Source: Camelus ferus (lineage: Eukaryota). Taken from it: a stretch of 64,000 nt of DNA. The DNA is taken from contig NC_045710.1 in NCBI RefSeq assembly GCF_009834535.1, positions 54,932,001 to 54,996,000 of the forward strand, written 5' to 3'. Position numbers and translations under genes: made by a program. The stretch's first letter is position 1, and every line of letters begins with the position of its first letter. This document shows, piece by piece, positions 53,701 to 64,000 of this stretch. The notes below the pieces were generated by a model. That model was not told the DNA's origin. It was given only the letters and a program-made list of their open reading frames with translations, and made no database searches.

Positions 53701-56700
53701 AAAGTATCAGTGGTTATCTTTTCAATGCCTGAGACATGCAGCGCCACTCAAGCTTCTGTGACCCCGGGCCCCCCCACAGAGGCCCTGCTCGCTGCTGCTT
53801 CAGCGCACGTGCCCTCAGGGTCCTGCTGGGGTTCCCAAGCAAGGAAAGGTTCCTCCAGCCTCTCTGGCTCGATCTTCTCTGAGTTGCCTTCAAATGGTGG
53901 TGCCTCAGGGCTCTCTTCTCGATTTCCTTTCTCCCTGGTCGTCAGGACTACCAAGCTGCCTGACTCTGGCCCTGCTGCCTGTGTTGCCCACACCTTTCTG
54001 TTTGATTGCCTTCCAGTATCTCCAACCAGGTGTCCTGAAGGTGCTTCACCCTTAGTGTGTCCAACAACTGAACTCACCTCTCTGCAGCCACCTCCTTTCT
54101 GAGCCTTTTACCATTTCTTCACGTGGTTCATAGCATCACCATCTACTGTCATCCATCTTCTAAATGGAAACCTTATAGGCGTTATTTTACTCCATTCTTT
54201 CACATCTCATACTCAGTCGATTTTCAAATCTTGTTAATGGGCTCTGCCTCTGAAATAGCCCCCCAATCCATCCCCCTTTCTCTCTCTGCCAGTGCCTTAG
54301 TTCAGGCCCTCCGTTCTTGCCTGGACTGTGTGAAGGGCCTTGTAACTAGCACTGTCTTCTTAAAAACCAAAACTATTAGCGTCACTCCTCCTCAAGAAAA
54401 ATCTCCATTTGATTCTCACCTTTAGGCTACAGTGCACATTTCCCTGGCAGAGCAGGCTTATCACTGTGGGGTGCCTGTCTCTGCCCCTCCAGCTCATCTC
54501 TGCTCGCTTGCCCCGCAGCCCCTGAGCCCTGCCAGAGCTTCAGCCATGGGGGGTCCCCACATCCCTGAACACGGCTCCCCTCTTCTGAAGTCCTGCCCGG
54601 CATATCGCTCATTCTTCAGACCCAGCTCAGACGTTATCTCTGAGATGCTGCTCCCCCAGTGAGACGTGCCTGGGTGCTCTGTGCTCCTGCACACATCTGA
54701 GTCCATGCCACCTGGTGTCTGATTCCAGTTTGTCTTCCAGACTCCAGTGGGAATTCTTGGGGGGGGGGGCAGTGACATGCTTAGCACCCAGCAAGTGCCT
54801 TTTATGTAACGGGTGATGAAGGAATGCTTCTCTGTTCTCTCCAGAGTCCCTGTGATACTCAGAACTCCACCAGGGGATCTGTGACCTTTTATTGCCCCTG
54901 CGTGACTTTCTCCACTCACATCCGAGCCCTTGGCCTTGTTACTCAGAGTGGCTCTGGTCCTCTGGCATTCAGCCCACAGAGCTGCAGCTGCCCTTCCTCC
55001 CCAGAGTGCCTGTGATCCCCTATCTTCTCCAATCCCTGCCTTCCCTAGAGCACTTCTGTCCCCCAGCTGAACCAGGAGAGGATCTGATCCTCGTTGCTTC
55101 CCGCGGCTGGCAGCGGGACATGCAGTGATCCTTTAGGTTGGTATTTCTCAAAGTGAGCTCTTGAACCACCCATGTCAGGGTAATTCCAACTGCTTGTTTG
55201 AAATGTAGCTCTTGGGCCACACCCCCAACCCTACTGAGTGAGCATTGCTGGGCCCAGGGCCCAGGAATCTGCATTTGGATCAGTTCCTGAAGTGATGCTA
55301 ACATACCCTAAAGCTGTGACTTGTTCCACGGCCGCACACACCCACTGACCCTCAGAAGTTTACACAGCGGGAGAACTCCAGTGAGATGGGAACGTGCCGC
55401 AGAGCAAACCCTTCCTGAAAAATTACCGTGTAATTAGCATATTACAGGATAGAGAAGGCCTTAAAAATAACAAGAAACAGACCAACAACAAAAAATCTCT
55501 CAGTTTCCACAGGGACTGGTTCCTGGTTCCCTTTACTGCCCTGTAGCCCTTTGTTTAAGGGAGGGAGTGGCCGTCATGCTTAGCATTGCCTGCGATTTCT
55601 TACCCCCGCTGTGCTCCCTGCTCGGCCTGCGAACCCCTTCTGCTTCCTCAGTGAGTCTCTGACAGTCCCTCTCCATCCTGTCGCCCTTGCAGGGGGCGTC
55701 CTCTACACGGCCACTGTGAAAAACTACTTGGGGACCCAGTCGATCATCTCCCGGGCTGTGGGTCGTGCTGAGGACTGGATTCGCACAGAGACCTTGCCAT
55801 CCTGGCTTAACGGTGGGGAGAGGAGGGAGTGCTGGCTATCTGGGGACACAGTGGGTGGCGGCTGGGTGGCCCCAGGCTGTGTCTGTGGAATCTGAGGCCA
55901 CTGGTCTCCCCAGCCCCAGCCTTTGCTGCAGCCGTGGCCTTGAGCCCAGCCGAGTGGGGGGATGAAGACGGAGACGATGAAATCTACTTCTTCTTTACGG
56001 AGATTTCCCGAGCGTTTGACTCATACGAGCACTTTAAGGTCCCGAGGGTGGCCCGTGTGTGCGCGGTGAGGCTCTGACCCCAGCTGTCTGTCCTGTTTGC
56101 TCTGCTGCCTGTTGTCCTGTCTTTCCCTCTCTGGGTCTCTGTCTTTGCATCTGTCCCCTGTCTCCCTTTTTGCTGGGCCTTGGCTACTTTTCTGGGAGCC
56201 TGAGGAATGTGGGGAAGGACTCTGGCCTCTTTTACCCCCGTAATTACCCTTGTGACACTGTCCCCAGGAGGTAGTGCAGAGGTTAAAGGCAGGAACTGTA
56301 GACAGACAGATGTGGGTTCAGGTCCGTGCCGCACTGCTGACTGCCTCTGTGACTGGGCAGCATCCTTACAGACGAGGGTGTTAATGACGCCTAGCTCTGA
56401 GGGCTGTTTTGAGGACTAAATGAGGTAAATTATGTAAAGCACAAGGTACAGTAATTCATAAGTGCACAGTGAACTTAGTCACCATCATTGTTGTCGCCCT
56501 GTCCTCCTCAGTTACTCTGTCTGTGTCTCTGCCCTGCATGCATAGACAGATGTCCTGTGTGTCTGTCTCCCTCTTTGTCTGTCTGGGGGAACGTGTGTTG
56601 GTCTCCGCAGTCCTCCTCCAGTGTTGGCTCTTCTAAAGAGAACTCCCATGTGCTTGTTACTCCAGGGGGATCTTGGGGGCCGGAAGACTCTCCAGCAGAA

Positions 56701-59700
56701 GTGGACGACTTTTCTGAAGGCCGACCTGCTGTGTCCAGGGCCTGAGCATGGCCAGGCCGCCAGCGTCCTGCAGGACATGGCCATTCTTCGACCTGTACAC
56801 GGAGGAGGGACCCCCATCTTTTACGGCATCTTTTCCTCCCAGTGGTGAGGGGTCCTGCTGTGGAGAGTTACAGGGTGGGCGACACCTGGGCTCGGTGGGG
56901 GCAAAGCTCTGTCCTCCGGAGTGGGGGGTGCTTCCCCGTGCCCTGGAGCATCTCTCGTGGGGCATCGCATTTGTCGGGGTGAGTTGCCTCCCCTAATTTC
57001 CTCCAAATATCTGGCTTGAACATGTGGCTGCCTCTTCTAGGGAAGGGGCTGCCATGTCTGCTGTGTGTGCCTTCCGCCCACAAGACATTCGGACGGTGCT
57101 GAATGGTTCCTTCAGAGAGCTGAGACATGACTGCAACAGGGGACTGCCCGTCATGGACAATGACGTGCCCCAGCCCAGACCCGGGGAGGTGAGGGGGCAG
57201 GGGACAGTTCCTTATCCCACGCGGTGCCTGAATTGCCCCTTTAGGACCAGGCCCATCTAAGCATCACAGACACTTCCCGGCCCCTGGGAAGCCTGGCTGT
57301 GCACCCTGTTTTCCCCCTAGTGCATCACCAACAACATGAAGCTCCAGCAGTTCAGCTCCTCGCTCTTCCTGCCTGACCGCGTGCTCACCTTCATCCGGGA
57401 CCACCCACTCATGGACAAGCCAGTGTTTCCAGCGGATGGCCGCTCCCTTCTAGTCACTACAGATACGGCCTATCTCAGGCTCGTGGCCCACAGGGTGCCC
57501 AGCCTCTCAGGGAAAGAGTACGATGTGCTCTACCTGGGGACAGGTATGTGTCATGGCCAAGCAAGCTGCCCATCCAGTGCACACAGGCTCTTGTCACGGG
57601 GGCCCCATACGTACAGGTGTCAGAGTCACAGGCACAGGGATGCTTGCGTTACCACGTCTTGCCCCTTGCCTGCTTCCTAGGGGATGGACACCTCCACCGA
57701 GCAGTGCAGATCGGGGCCCAGCTCAGCGTCCTCGAGGATCTGGCCCTATTCCCAGAGCCGCAGCCAGTTGACAGTATGAAATTGTATCAAGTGAGTTGTA
57801 GCTTTCAGCAAATCTGCTGGGGAGACGGCCGAGTCCAGGGCCAGTCTGTGACCCTGAGGTCTGGGAGACCCAGTGCGTCCTTCTTCCCCACTCCCTTTCC
57901 ATAGAACTGGCTCCTGATTGGCTCCCGAACTGAGGTGACGCAAGTGAACACAACCGACTGCGGCCGTCTCCAGAGCTGCTCGGAGTGCATCCTGGCCCAG
58001 GACCCTGTCTGCGCCTGGAGCTTCCGGCTGGATGCGTGTGTGGCCCATGCCGGGGAGCGTGGAGGGTGAGTGGCTGCACTGCTCACTCGCCTGATGTCCC
58101 GGGGCTCCGGCCCACCCACGTCTGTCTGTGTTTCTCATCTGTTAATGCTGCCCTGTCTCTGTTTGTGTGTTTCTTAGGGTCTCTTGTGTATCCATCTGTC
58201 AGTCTGTGCTAACTTATCTGTCTGTCCATCTGGTGCTGTCTCATGAGTGTCCCCACCTCTCTGCTGGACCTGCCCTGACTGTGTGATTGATTTCCACATG
58301 GTCATTCACTTCGTTTTCATTTTACAAGAGCTCTTAGAGGCATTTTCACAGCTGACAAATCCCTCCTTCCCTCCTTGAAATACGTGATCCTCTTGCCTCC
58401 GAGGACTCTGCGTTCTCCTGATTTTCCTCCCTACCTCACCAGTCTGTCTCCCTTACTGGTTCCTTTTCCATCCAGCTTTTTTTTTAACTTTTAATTTTTT
58501 ATTGAAGTATAGTCAGTTTACAATGTTGTGTCAATTTCTGGTGTACAGCCCAATTCTTCAGTTGTACATGAATATACATATATTCGTTTCCATATTCTTT
58601 TTCACTGTAAGCTACTGCAAGATATTGAATATATTTCCCTGTGCTATACAGTATGCACTTGTTTATCTATTTTATATATACCTGTCAGTATCTGCAAATC
58701 TCGAACTCCCAGTTCATCCCTTCCCACCTCCTTCCCCCCTGGTAACCATAAGTGTGTTTTCTATGTCTGTGAGTCTGTTTCTGTTTTATATATGAATCCA
58801 GCTCCTTCCTCAGGGTCCAGTCTTTATATTTTCACACATTCTGTGGATGATTCATTCCCCCTGTGTTCAGTACCAGCTGAGAGCTAGTGACAACCACGGA
58901 TGCGTCCTGAGCTGAACTATTTTTCTGAAACAAAAAGTCATCTTACTGACCCTCTCAGAATTTTGATTAGCTTTTATAGAAAAGAAATTTTCTCTTTCTC
59001 TTAATAGAGAAATCTTTTAACAGAGAAGATTTCCAGAGAGATCTTGTGGTTGTGGACAGCCAGTTAACACTTCTTGGAAAGTCCCTGTGTTTCTTTTAAA
59101 TCACCCCCACCAGACCTCTTCCTGATAGGCCTCAAGCAAATTTAATTCTCTGTAGTCTCCTAGAAGTATCTGTAGAATTTGACGTGGCAAGTGTCATGAG
59201 TGTAAGAGGTACTGGGGAAAAATTTAGTGATGAAGAGAATGTCGACAGATAATTCTTAAAGTGATTTATGAGATGATGGGGACTGTACCGGATGAGTGAA
59301 CGTTCACTGGTGCTGAGGAGGGTGGAAGGGGATGCCGACACTGGATTGATCAAGCATTCTCTTCTTTATAGGCTGGTCCAAGACATAGAGTCAGCGGATG
59401 TCTCTTCTTTGTGTCCTAAAGAGCCCGGAGGTGCGTATGGTTTAGGGAAACGTGGGTGGAGTGGATGGAAAGGGCATAGAGTTGCCCTCTTTGGACCTAC
59501 GTTAAAACCTGGATCCTGGAAGATATGGCAGCCAGTGACCCAGAGCCTTGCCCTCTTGAGGAATCCCCCTTTTACCTTTGTCCACCACGGCCCCTTCTCG
59601 TATCCGATATCGCCCCACATTTCTCTCCATCACACCCCCAGCCTGTATCCCCACCACCTTTTGTGCCTTTGCCGTCTCTGCAGAGCACCCAGTGGTGTTT

Positions 59701-60294
59701 GAAGTTCCTGTGGCTACCGCTGCTCATGTCGTCCTGCCATGTTCCCCAGGCTCAGCCTGGGCATCCTGCGTGTGGCACCAGCCCAGCGGAGTGACTGCGC
59801 TCACCCCCCGGCGGGATGGGCTAGAGGTGGTGATATCCCCAGGGGCCATGGGCGCTTATGCCTGTGAATGTCAGGAGGGGGGGGCAGCCCGGGTGGTAGC
59901 CGCCTACAGCTTGGTGTGGGACAGCCGGCAGGGCCCCCCGAGCCAGGCTCACACAGTGGGGGCGGGACTGGCCGGCTTCTTCCTGGGGGCTCTCGTAGCA
60001 TCGCTGACCCTCCTCCTGATCGGTCGGCGTCAGCAGCGCCAGAGACAGAGGGAGCTTCTGGCTAGAGACAAGGTGGGCTTGGACCTGGGGGCCCCGCCCT
60101 CTGGGACCACNNNNNNNNNNNNNNNNNNNNNNNNNNNNNNNNNNNNNNNNNNNNNNNNNNNNNNNNNNNNNNNNNNNNNNNNNNNNNNNNNNNNNNNNNN
60201 NNNNNNNNNNNNNNNNNNNNNNNNNNNNNNNNNNNNNNNNNNNNNNNNNNNNNNNNNNGCTCCTCTAGCCGCATGTGATGAAACGTCCATCTAG
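38238..60294 (+). CDS. SEMA4F: Semaphorin-4F, 14 exons
   Basis: Exons 38238-38400, 40790-40941, 41582-41641, [exon 4 inferred inside N-run 41838-41969], 46638-46731, 55693-55812, 55914-56065, 56666-56844, 57041-57188, 57321-57543, 57681-57790, 57905-58065, 59372-59430, 59684-60294 (N-run 60111-60258 keeps frame). Sema, PSI, Ig and TM domains and the C-terminal PDZ ligand ETSI are present. Confidence 0.97.
39797..39929 (-). mobile_element. tRNA-derived SINE (camelid Vic-type), internal deletion of the B-box region
   Basis: Same consensus but lacking ttgaacccaggg. TSD catgctagcttg on both sides. Confidence 0.85.
40075..40245 (-). mobile_element. MIR SINE
   Basis: atctcatttaattctcaacaac...tttactgatgaggaaagtgatgctcagaaagggcaggttaacttactcaagatcatac. 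Confidence 0.8.
41220..41455. mobile_element. hAT-Charlie family non-autonomous DNA transposon
   Basis: Inverted termini ttttcaagttt...agtttgaaaaac, with internal gatacactctgat and aattgattttatgac motifs. Exact subfamily uncertain. Confidence 0.6.
44040..44275 (-). mobile_element. MIR SINE
   Basis: ttattttccattttgcagg...gaaacagaagttctgaaaagttagg...cagagccaagattcaaacccaggtgtgtctg. Confidence 0.75.
44520..45200 (-). mobile_element. L2 LINE fragment
   Basis: Purine-rich antisense L2 text (acatgttgagtttcaagg...ggaagacatcagactaggagagtttggg). Confidence 0.6.
47055..47272. mobile_element. MER3/MER33-type hAT MITE
   Basis: gtccaaaagaactttatatgaccatggaattgttctgtatctttgctgtctaatacggtagccactag...ctagtagctaccatat. 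Confidence 0.75.
47781..47949 (+). mobile_element. tRNA-derived SINE (camelid Vic-type) with TSD
   Basis: ggggagggtgtagttcaaatggtagagcgcatgcttagcatgcacaaggtcctgggttcaatcccc...taaataaacctaattac. TSD aaaaattcttt on both sides. Confidence 0.92.
52814..53350 (-). mobile_element. ERV1-like solo LTR in SEMA4F intron 5
   Basis: On the minus strand, a TATA-like motif (~52988-52993) lies upstream of AATAAA (52917-52922). There are three ccaatcaggag repeats and a terminal cagtgttacagc tandem motif. Boundaries approximate. Confidence 0.7.
54000..54850 (+). mobile_element. L2 LINE fragment
   Basis: ccaacaactgaactcacctc...ttctcaccttttaggctacagtgc...cttagcacccagcaagtgcc. Confidence 0.55.
55135..55312. 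mobile_element. MER5A-type hAT MITE
   Basis: gtatttctcaaagtg...gggccacacccccaaccctactgagtgagc...gggcccaggaatctgcattt. Confidence 0.75.
56270..56480 (+). mobile_element. MIR SINE
   Basis: gtagtgcagaggttaaagg...ctgtgactgggcag...aggactaaatgaggtaaattatgtaaagcac. Confidence 0.75.
58478..58790 (-). mobile_element. 5'-truncated young L1 3' end
   Basis: Poly-T followed by ttattgaagtatagtcagtttacaatgttgtgtcaatttctggtgtacagc...cctggtaaccataagtgtgttttctatgtctgtgagtctg. Confidence 0.85.
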
Positions 60295-61859
60295 GGCCGG
60301 GCAGGTGACCACTAGTGCATGAGTGACCACTAGAATGGAGTGACTGCTGGGACTCTGGGGGTCACTGGGCATGGACAACATGGTGTCTGAGTTCGCCTTG
60401 GCCCTTGAGTGGTCACGTGAACTTCACTGAGGTCTGCCCTCTCTGGGCCTGGACGGGCTCAGGGCCAGGCCTTTGGCTGACTCCCATGGGAGATCAGAAC
60501 TGCTCTTACAGTAATCGGGACCTTTCCCACCCTTGTCCTCTAATCCCCCATGACCCCTTCAGCCCACTCTCTTGGGCCCACTAGTTTGGGGCTGGGGCCC
60601 AGGACATCGCTATGACTTTGCCTTCTGGTTGGGCCCTGGCCAGAAGGAGGAGCTGTGGAAGGGGCTGAGGGCTAATGTGTGCTGAGTCCTTTGCTGTTTC
60701 TCCCAGTTTATCTGATTCTTTGTGGGGAGCGCATGATCCCCAAACTGCAACATGGAATCTCTCTGATCTACTCCCCTGAGCTCTCCTCCCAAACCAGTCC
60801 CCCTTCTTCTGTGAAAAAGCATGTGTAAATACATGGGTGTTCATAGGAGACCTGGCCACAAGTGCACGGGTGACCGGGCCCCTGCTCAGGCGTGTTCCCG
60901 GGGGGCTGACAGGGGCAGGTGGGAATGCGGGCACCACCTGCAGAACTCGATACCCTGTAGCCAGTGAAGGAACGGCTCTCCTTTCTAAAAGGAAACAAAC
61001 CACTGCCCTGTCTCCATCACCTCCCACAACCCTTCTGTTGAGTAGAGAAAAACTCCTGAAGTGACCTTCTGGGAAGGTGGGAAAGGACGTGATACGTGTG
61101 GCCCCATCCTTCTCTTTGTTTTTGCCTCCTGGCTGCCACCACTGCCATGCACAGCTCTCTTCCTCTGGCTGGACCCCTTCCCTTGGCTCCTATTTAGAAT
61201 GTCGTGAAATTTATTGTCACTATCAGGGGATGACAGAAGGGGAACAGTCATAGGGAATACAAGCTACACAAAGACAGGTTTGTGTCAGTGACTTTACTCA
61301 GGTTGACACCCTTGCTCTAAAGCCGGAGTTCACCTGGGGTCCACGGACTCCTTGAAACCATATGCAAAATGCCTTCTGTACATGTGTGTCTGTATTTTTC
61401 TGGGGGTGGGGGGAGGGTTTGTGGCTCTCATCAGATTCTCAAGCCTTAATGGAGTTAAAGGACCACTGCTCCAAGGTCACCAGGTGTTGGCCAGGCTGAG
61501 GTGGTGCCACTGAGTGGCAGTTCTTCCTGCCCCACCACACCTGCCCTGTGGCCAGCCCCTGGACAGGCAGCAGCAGGACACCCTCTTGTGTCTCCACTCC
61601 CTGGAAGGTGGGCTCTGCACATATTTGAAGGCACTGTCAATTTGCACCAAACTTAAAGACGCCTTCCTGCTTCACGACTCCCAGATGTTCTGGGCTTCTG
61701 CTCAGTTCCAGTCTTGGCCCGTGTATGTGCCTCATTCATCCCTGGTCAGGGACCCCCTTGAGCTCCGTGAGTGGTCCAGCCTTTCCCAGTTGACCTTTTC
61801 AGCTCCACTTTCCTTGGCAGCAGCCTGTGAATTACTCGAGAGTCCCCTTGGTTCTGGAT

Positions 61860-62010
61860 GATCAGTGGTTTTACCACTAATAAGTGTATGATCTTCGGCA
61901 AGTCATCTAACCTAGGACAACGGTTCACTCCTTTGTAAAGCGGGGATGATAACACCTACCTCAGGGTTGCTGCAAGGGTTAAATGAGAGAACGTGTAAAC
62001 AATAAAGCAC
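61860..62010 (+). mobile_element. MIR SINE in SEMA4F 3' region, containing AATAAA (62001-62006)
   Basis: ggcaagtcatctaacct...tttgtaaagcggggatgataacacctacctcagggttgctgcaagggttaaatgagagaacgtgtaaacaataaagcac. Confidence 0.8.
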
Positions 62011-64000
62011 TGTCTATTTCAGCAGAGGCTGTTATTGTAAAAATTGGCCGGAATCATATAGCTTACCCCGTCTGATAGCCATGACACATGCAGTCACTTT
62101 AAGCCCCATTTGATGGGAGGGGGGGTCGTTGCCTCACACAGACGTCACGTCCTGGGTCATCTCTGGTCAGACCTTAGCTGCCAGTGTCTAGGTTTTGGGA
62201 GGCAGGGCCTGTGGGTTTTAGAACCCTCAGATGTGTCTGTTCTTAGTGACCTGGTTCGTCTTTCTACGCAGGCACGGAGGAAGGCTCCGTGTTCTTTGGT
62301 TTATCCTCACATCCCTCCACTCTCTTGAGGGGATGAGTCAGTTTCATTTTGGGAGAGGAAGGGGAAATGGGAGACTTTGGAGGGGCCCGGGGGCTCTGGG
62401 GAAGGAGTTTTCTAAGGAAAGGAGTGGGGAGACCAGATCACCGTGGATGTGGGGCATTTGGTCCCTGGACAGTGGCTCTGGTTGGAAGAAAATGGGATGA
62501 GGAAGGTAGGAAGACTGAGGAAGGATGGAAACAGGCTTGAAGGGAGGAGAGCCACATCTTAGGCTGCGGGAAGTTCGAGCCCTAAGAGAAGTGATAGCAT
62601 GGAAGTGTGGAACCAAGGACAAAGGGTGAATAACCGACTGCATTATCTCTGGGCTGTGGCGGGTGGGGAGGTGGGTGGGATGGGGGAGGATCCATGGATA
62701 AGGGAGCTGAGGAAGGTGCAGGGTTTTTGCAGGTAGAGTTGTAAGGATTCTGGCAACCAGAGACCCGACTGGCTCTCATACCTCAAAGCAGCCAGCGGGA
62801 AGGTGGGGGATGGGGCTCTTGTTTGTGTTTAACTGCAGACGCTAAAGATTGCTCACTTACTGGTCCTCACTCTTAAATTCTCTGTTTTTTGGCTCTGGTC
62901 CCTGGGCCATAAATTGTGACTCTTAGCTTGTCACGCCTAAGAAGTGGTCTGCTGCCACCCACATGACCTTACTGAAAATAGAGCCAGACAGAGATGCTCA
63001 CTGTTGGCTCTTAGGAACCAAGCAGATTCCACCACATCACTGGCCCTAACCAACAGGAGGAAGACTCACATCCATTCCCAGGAGTCTCCTGGCTTCCCTC
63101 CCTTTCACCAGCAACCCCGCAAGGTGGCCCCAGTGATGGCAGGAAAACCTCCTTTTGCTATCTGCTGGGCCCTGTCCCTCCTGGCTACTCTGCTCCAGTC
63201 AGAGGGGGGCATTCATGGTTACAACAGACCATTCTTGGTCAACTACGCAAGATCATGTCTCAAGGGTGTGGGGATGGGGCTTGCCTTTTTGGCTGTAGCA
63301 GAGCCAAAGCTGGAATTTTTAAAGATCCCTTTCACCAACTGGAGGAAAAACTAGCAATAAAATCAGTACGACATTTTTCTGCAGTTTTTAAATTCTCCCT
63401 TATGGGGCCCAGGGACAGACCTCTCTGTAACATGGCAATTTGTGTGGCCAGGAGACAGCAGCTGTGGTCCCAGAGCAGGCCATCTGGCTGGATGTAAAGC
63501 ACCAGGTCCTGGCTGAGGGAGGGAAGGACAAGCACCTGAGAGAACAATCTAGCTCCCTGAGCATGTTAGGTGGAGCCAGGGGTGCTTGGTAGGGCCAAGA
63601 TGAAAGGTCTTTCAGAGGGCTGCCACAGGTCCTGGGGACAAAAAAGTACAAAACAGGAATTCTCTCCCTTTCTTTTTCCCAAGGGTTCCCAGCCCACGGG
63701 ACTGGTGTTTTTCCTAGACGCACCGGGCCTGGGGTTTAGGGCTGCAGATGAATCCAGATCTGCCCGCTGGTGGGCATGGTGCCCCTCACTTGTGTCAGAG
63801 TTGGCACCCCTCTCGTGGTCTCCAAGGCTTGGCAGCGCTGAGCCACAAGCTAGAGTCTCTCACCACCTGCACTTGGAACTATGACTGGGGCAGGAGGAGT
63901 CAGCAACTGATGCCGGATCCAAAGACCAGCCTGCCACCCGCCGTCAGCTTCAGGCAAGGCCCTCGGGTTGAGGAGGCTGCGAATAAAATCCTCCTGGGGC

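Overview
This is mammalian genomic DNA, not prokaryotic, and most likely camelid: six copies of a tRNA-derived SINE resemble my recollection of the camelid Vic-type element. It is syntenic with human 2p13.1 and carries AUP1 (-, exons 1-7, running off the window), HTRA2 (+, complete), LOXL3 (-, complete), DOK1 (+), the 3' end only of M1AP (-) and SEMA4F (+, complete). Exon boundaries were read by hand from splice dinucleotides. Comparisons with human proteins are from memory, not from a database search. Six N-runs are present, and four of them hide coding sequence. The main oddities are: (1) DOK1's last exon has a 1-nt frameshift plus a separate TGG>TGA stop; (2) about two thirds of M1AP is absent, most plausibly lost in an exactly 100-N gap bordering an L1; (3) M1AP has a 12-nt microexon (HPCK) whose splice sites lie wholly inside a MIR SINE, preceded by a GC-AG intron; (4) mature HTRA2 would begin SVLG rather than the IAP-binding AVPS; (5) SEMA4F and M1AP have simple-repeat expansions in coding sequence (poly-Leu and poly-Glu); (6) convergent genes have interlocked poly(A) signals. 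I found no evidence of a wholly new multi-gene system. The rest is ordinary mammalian intron and repeat DNA.
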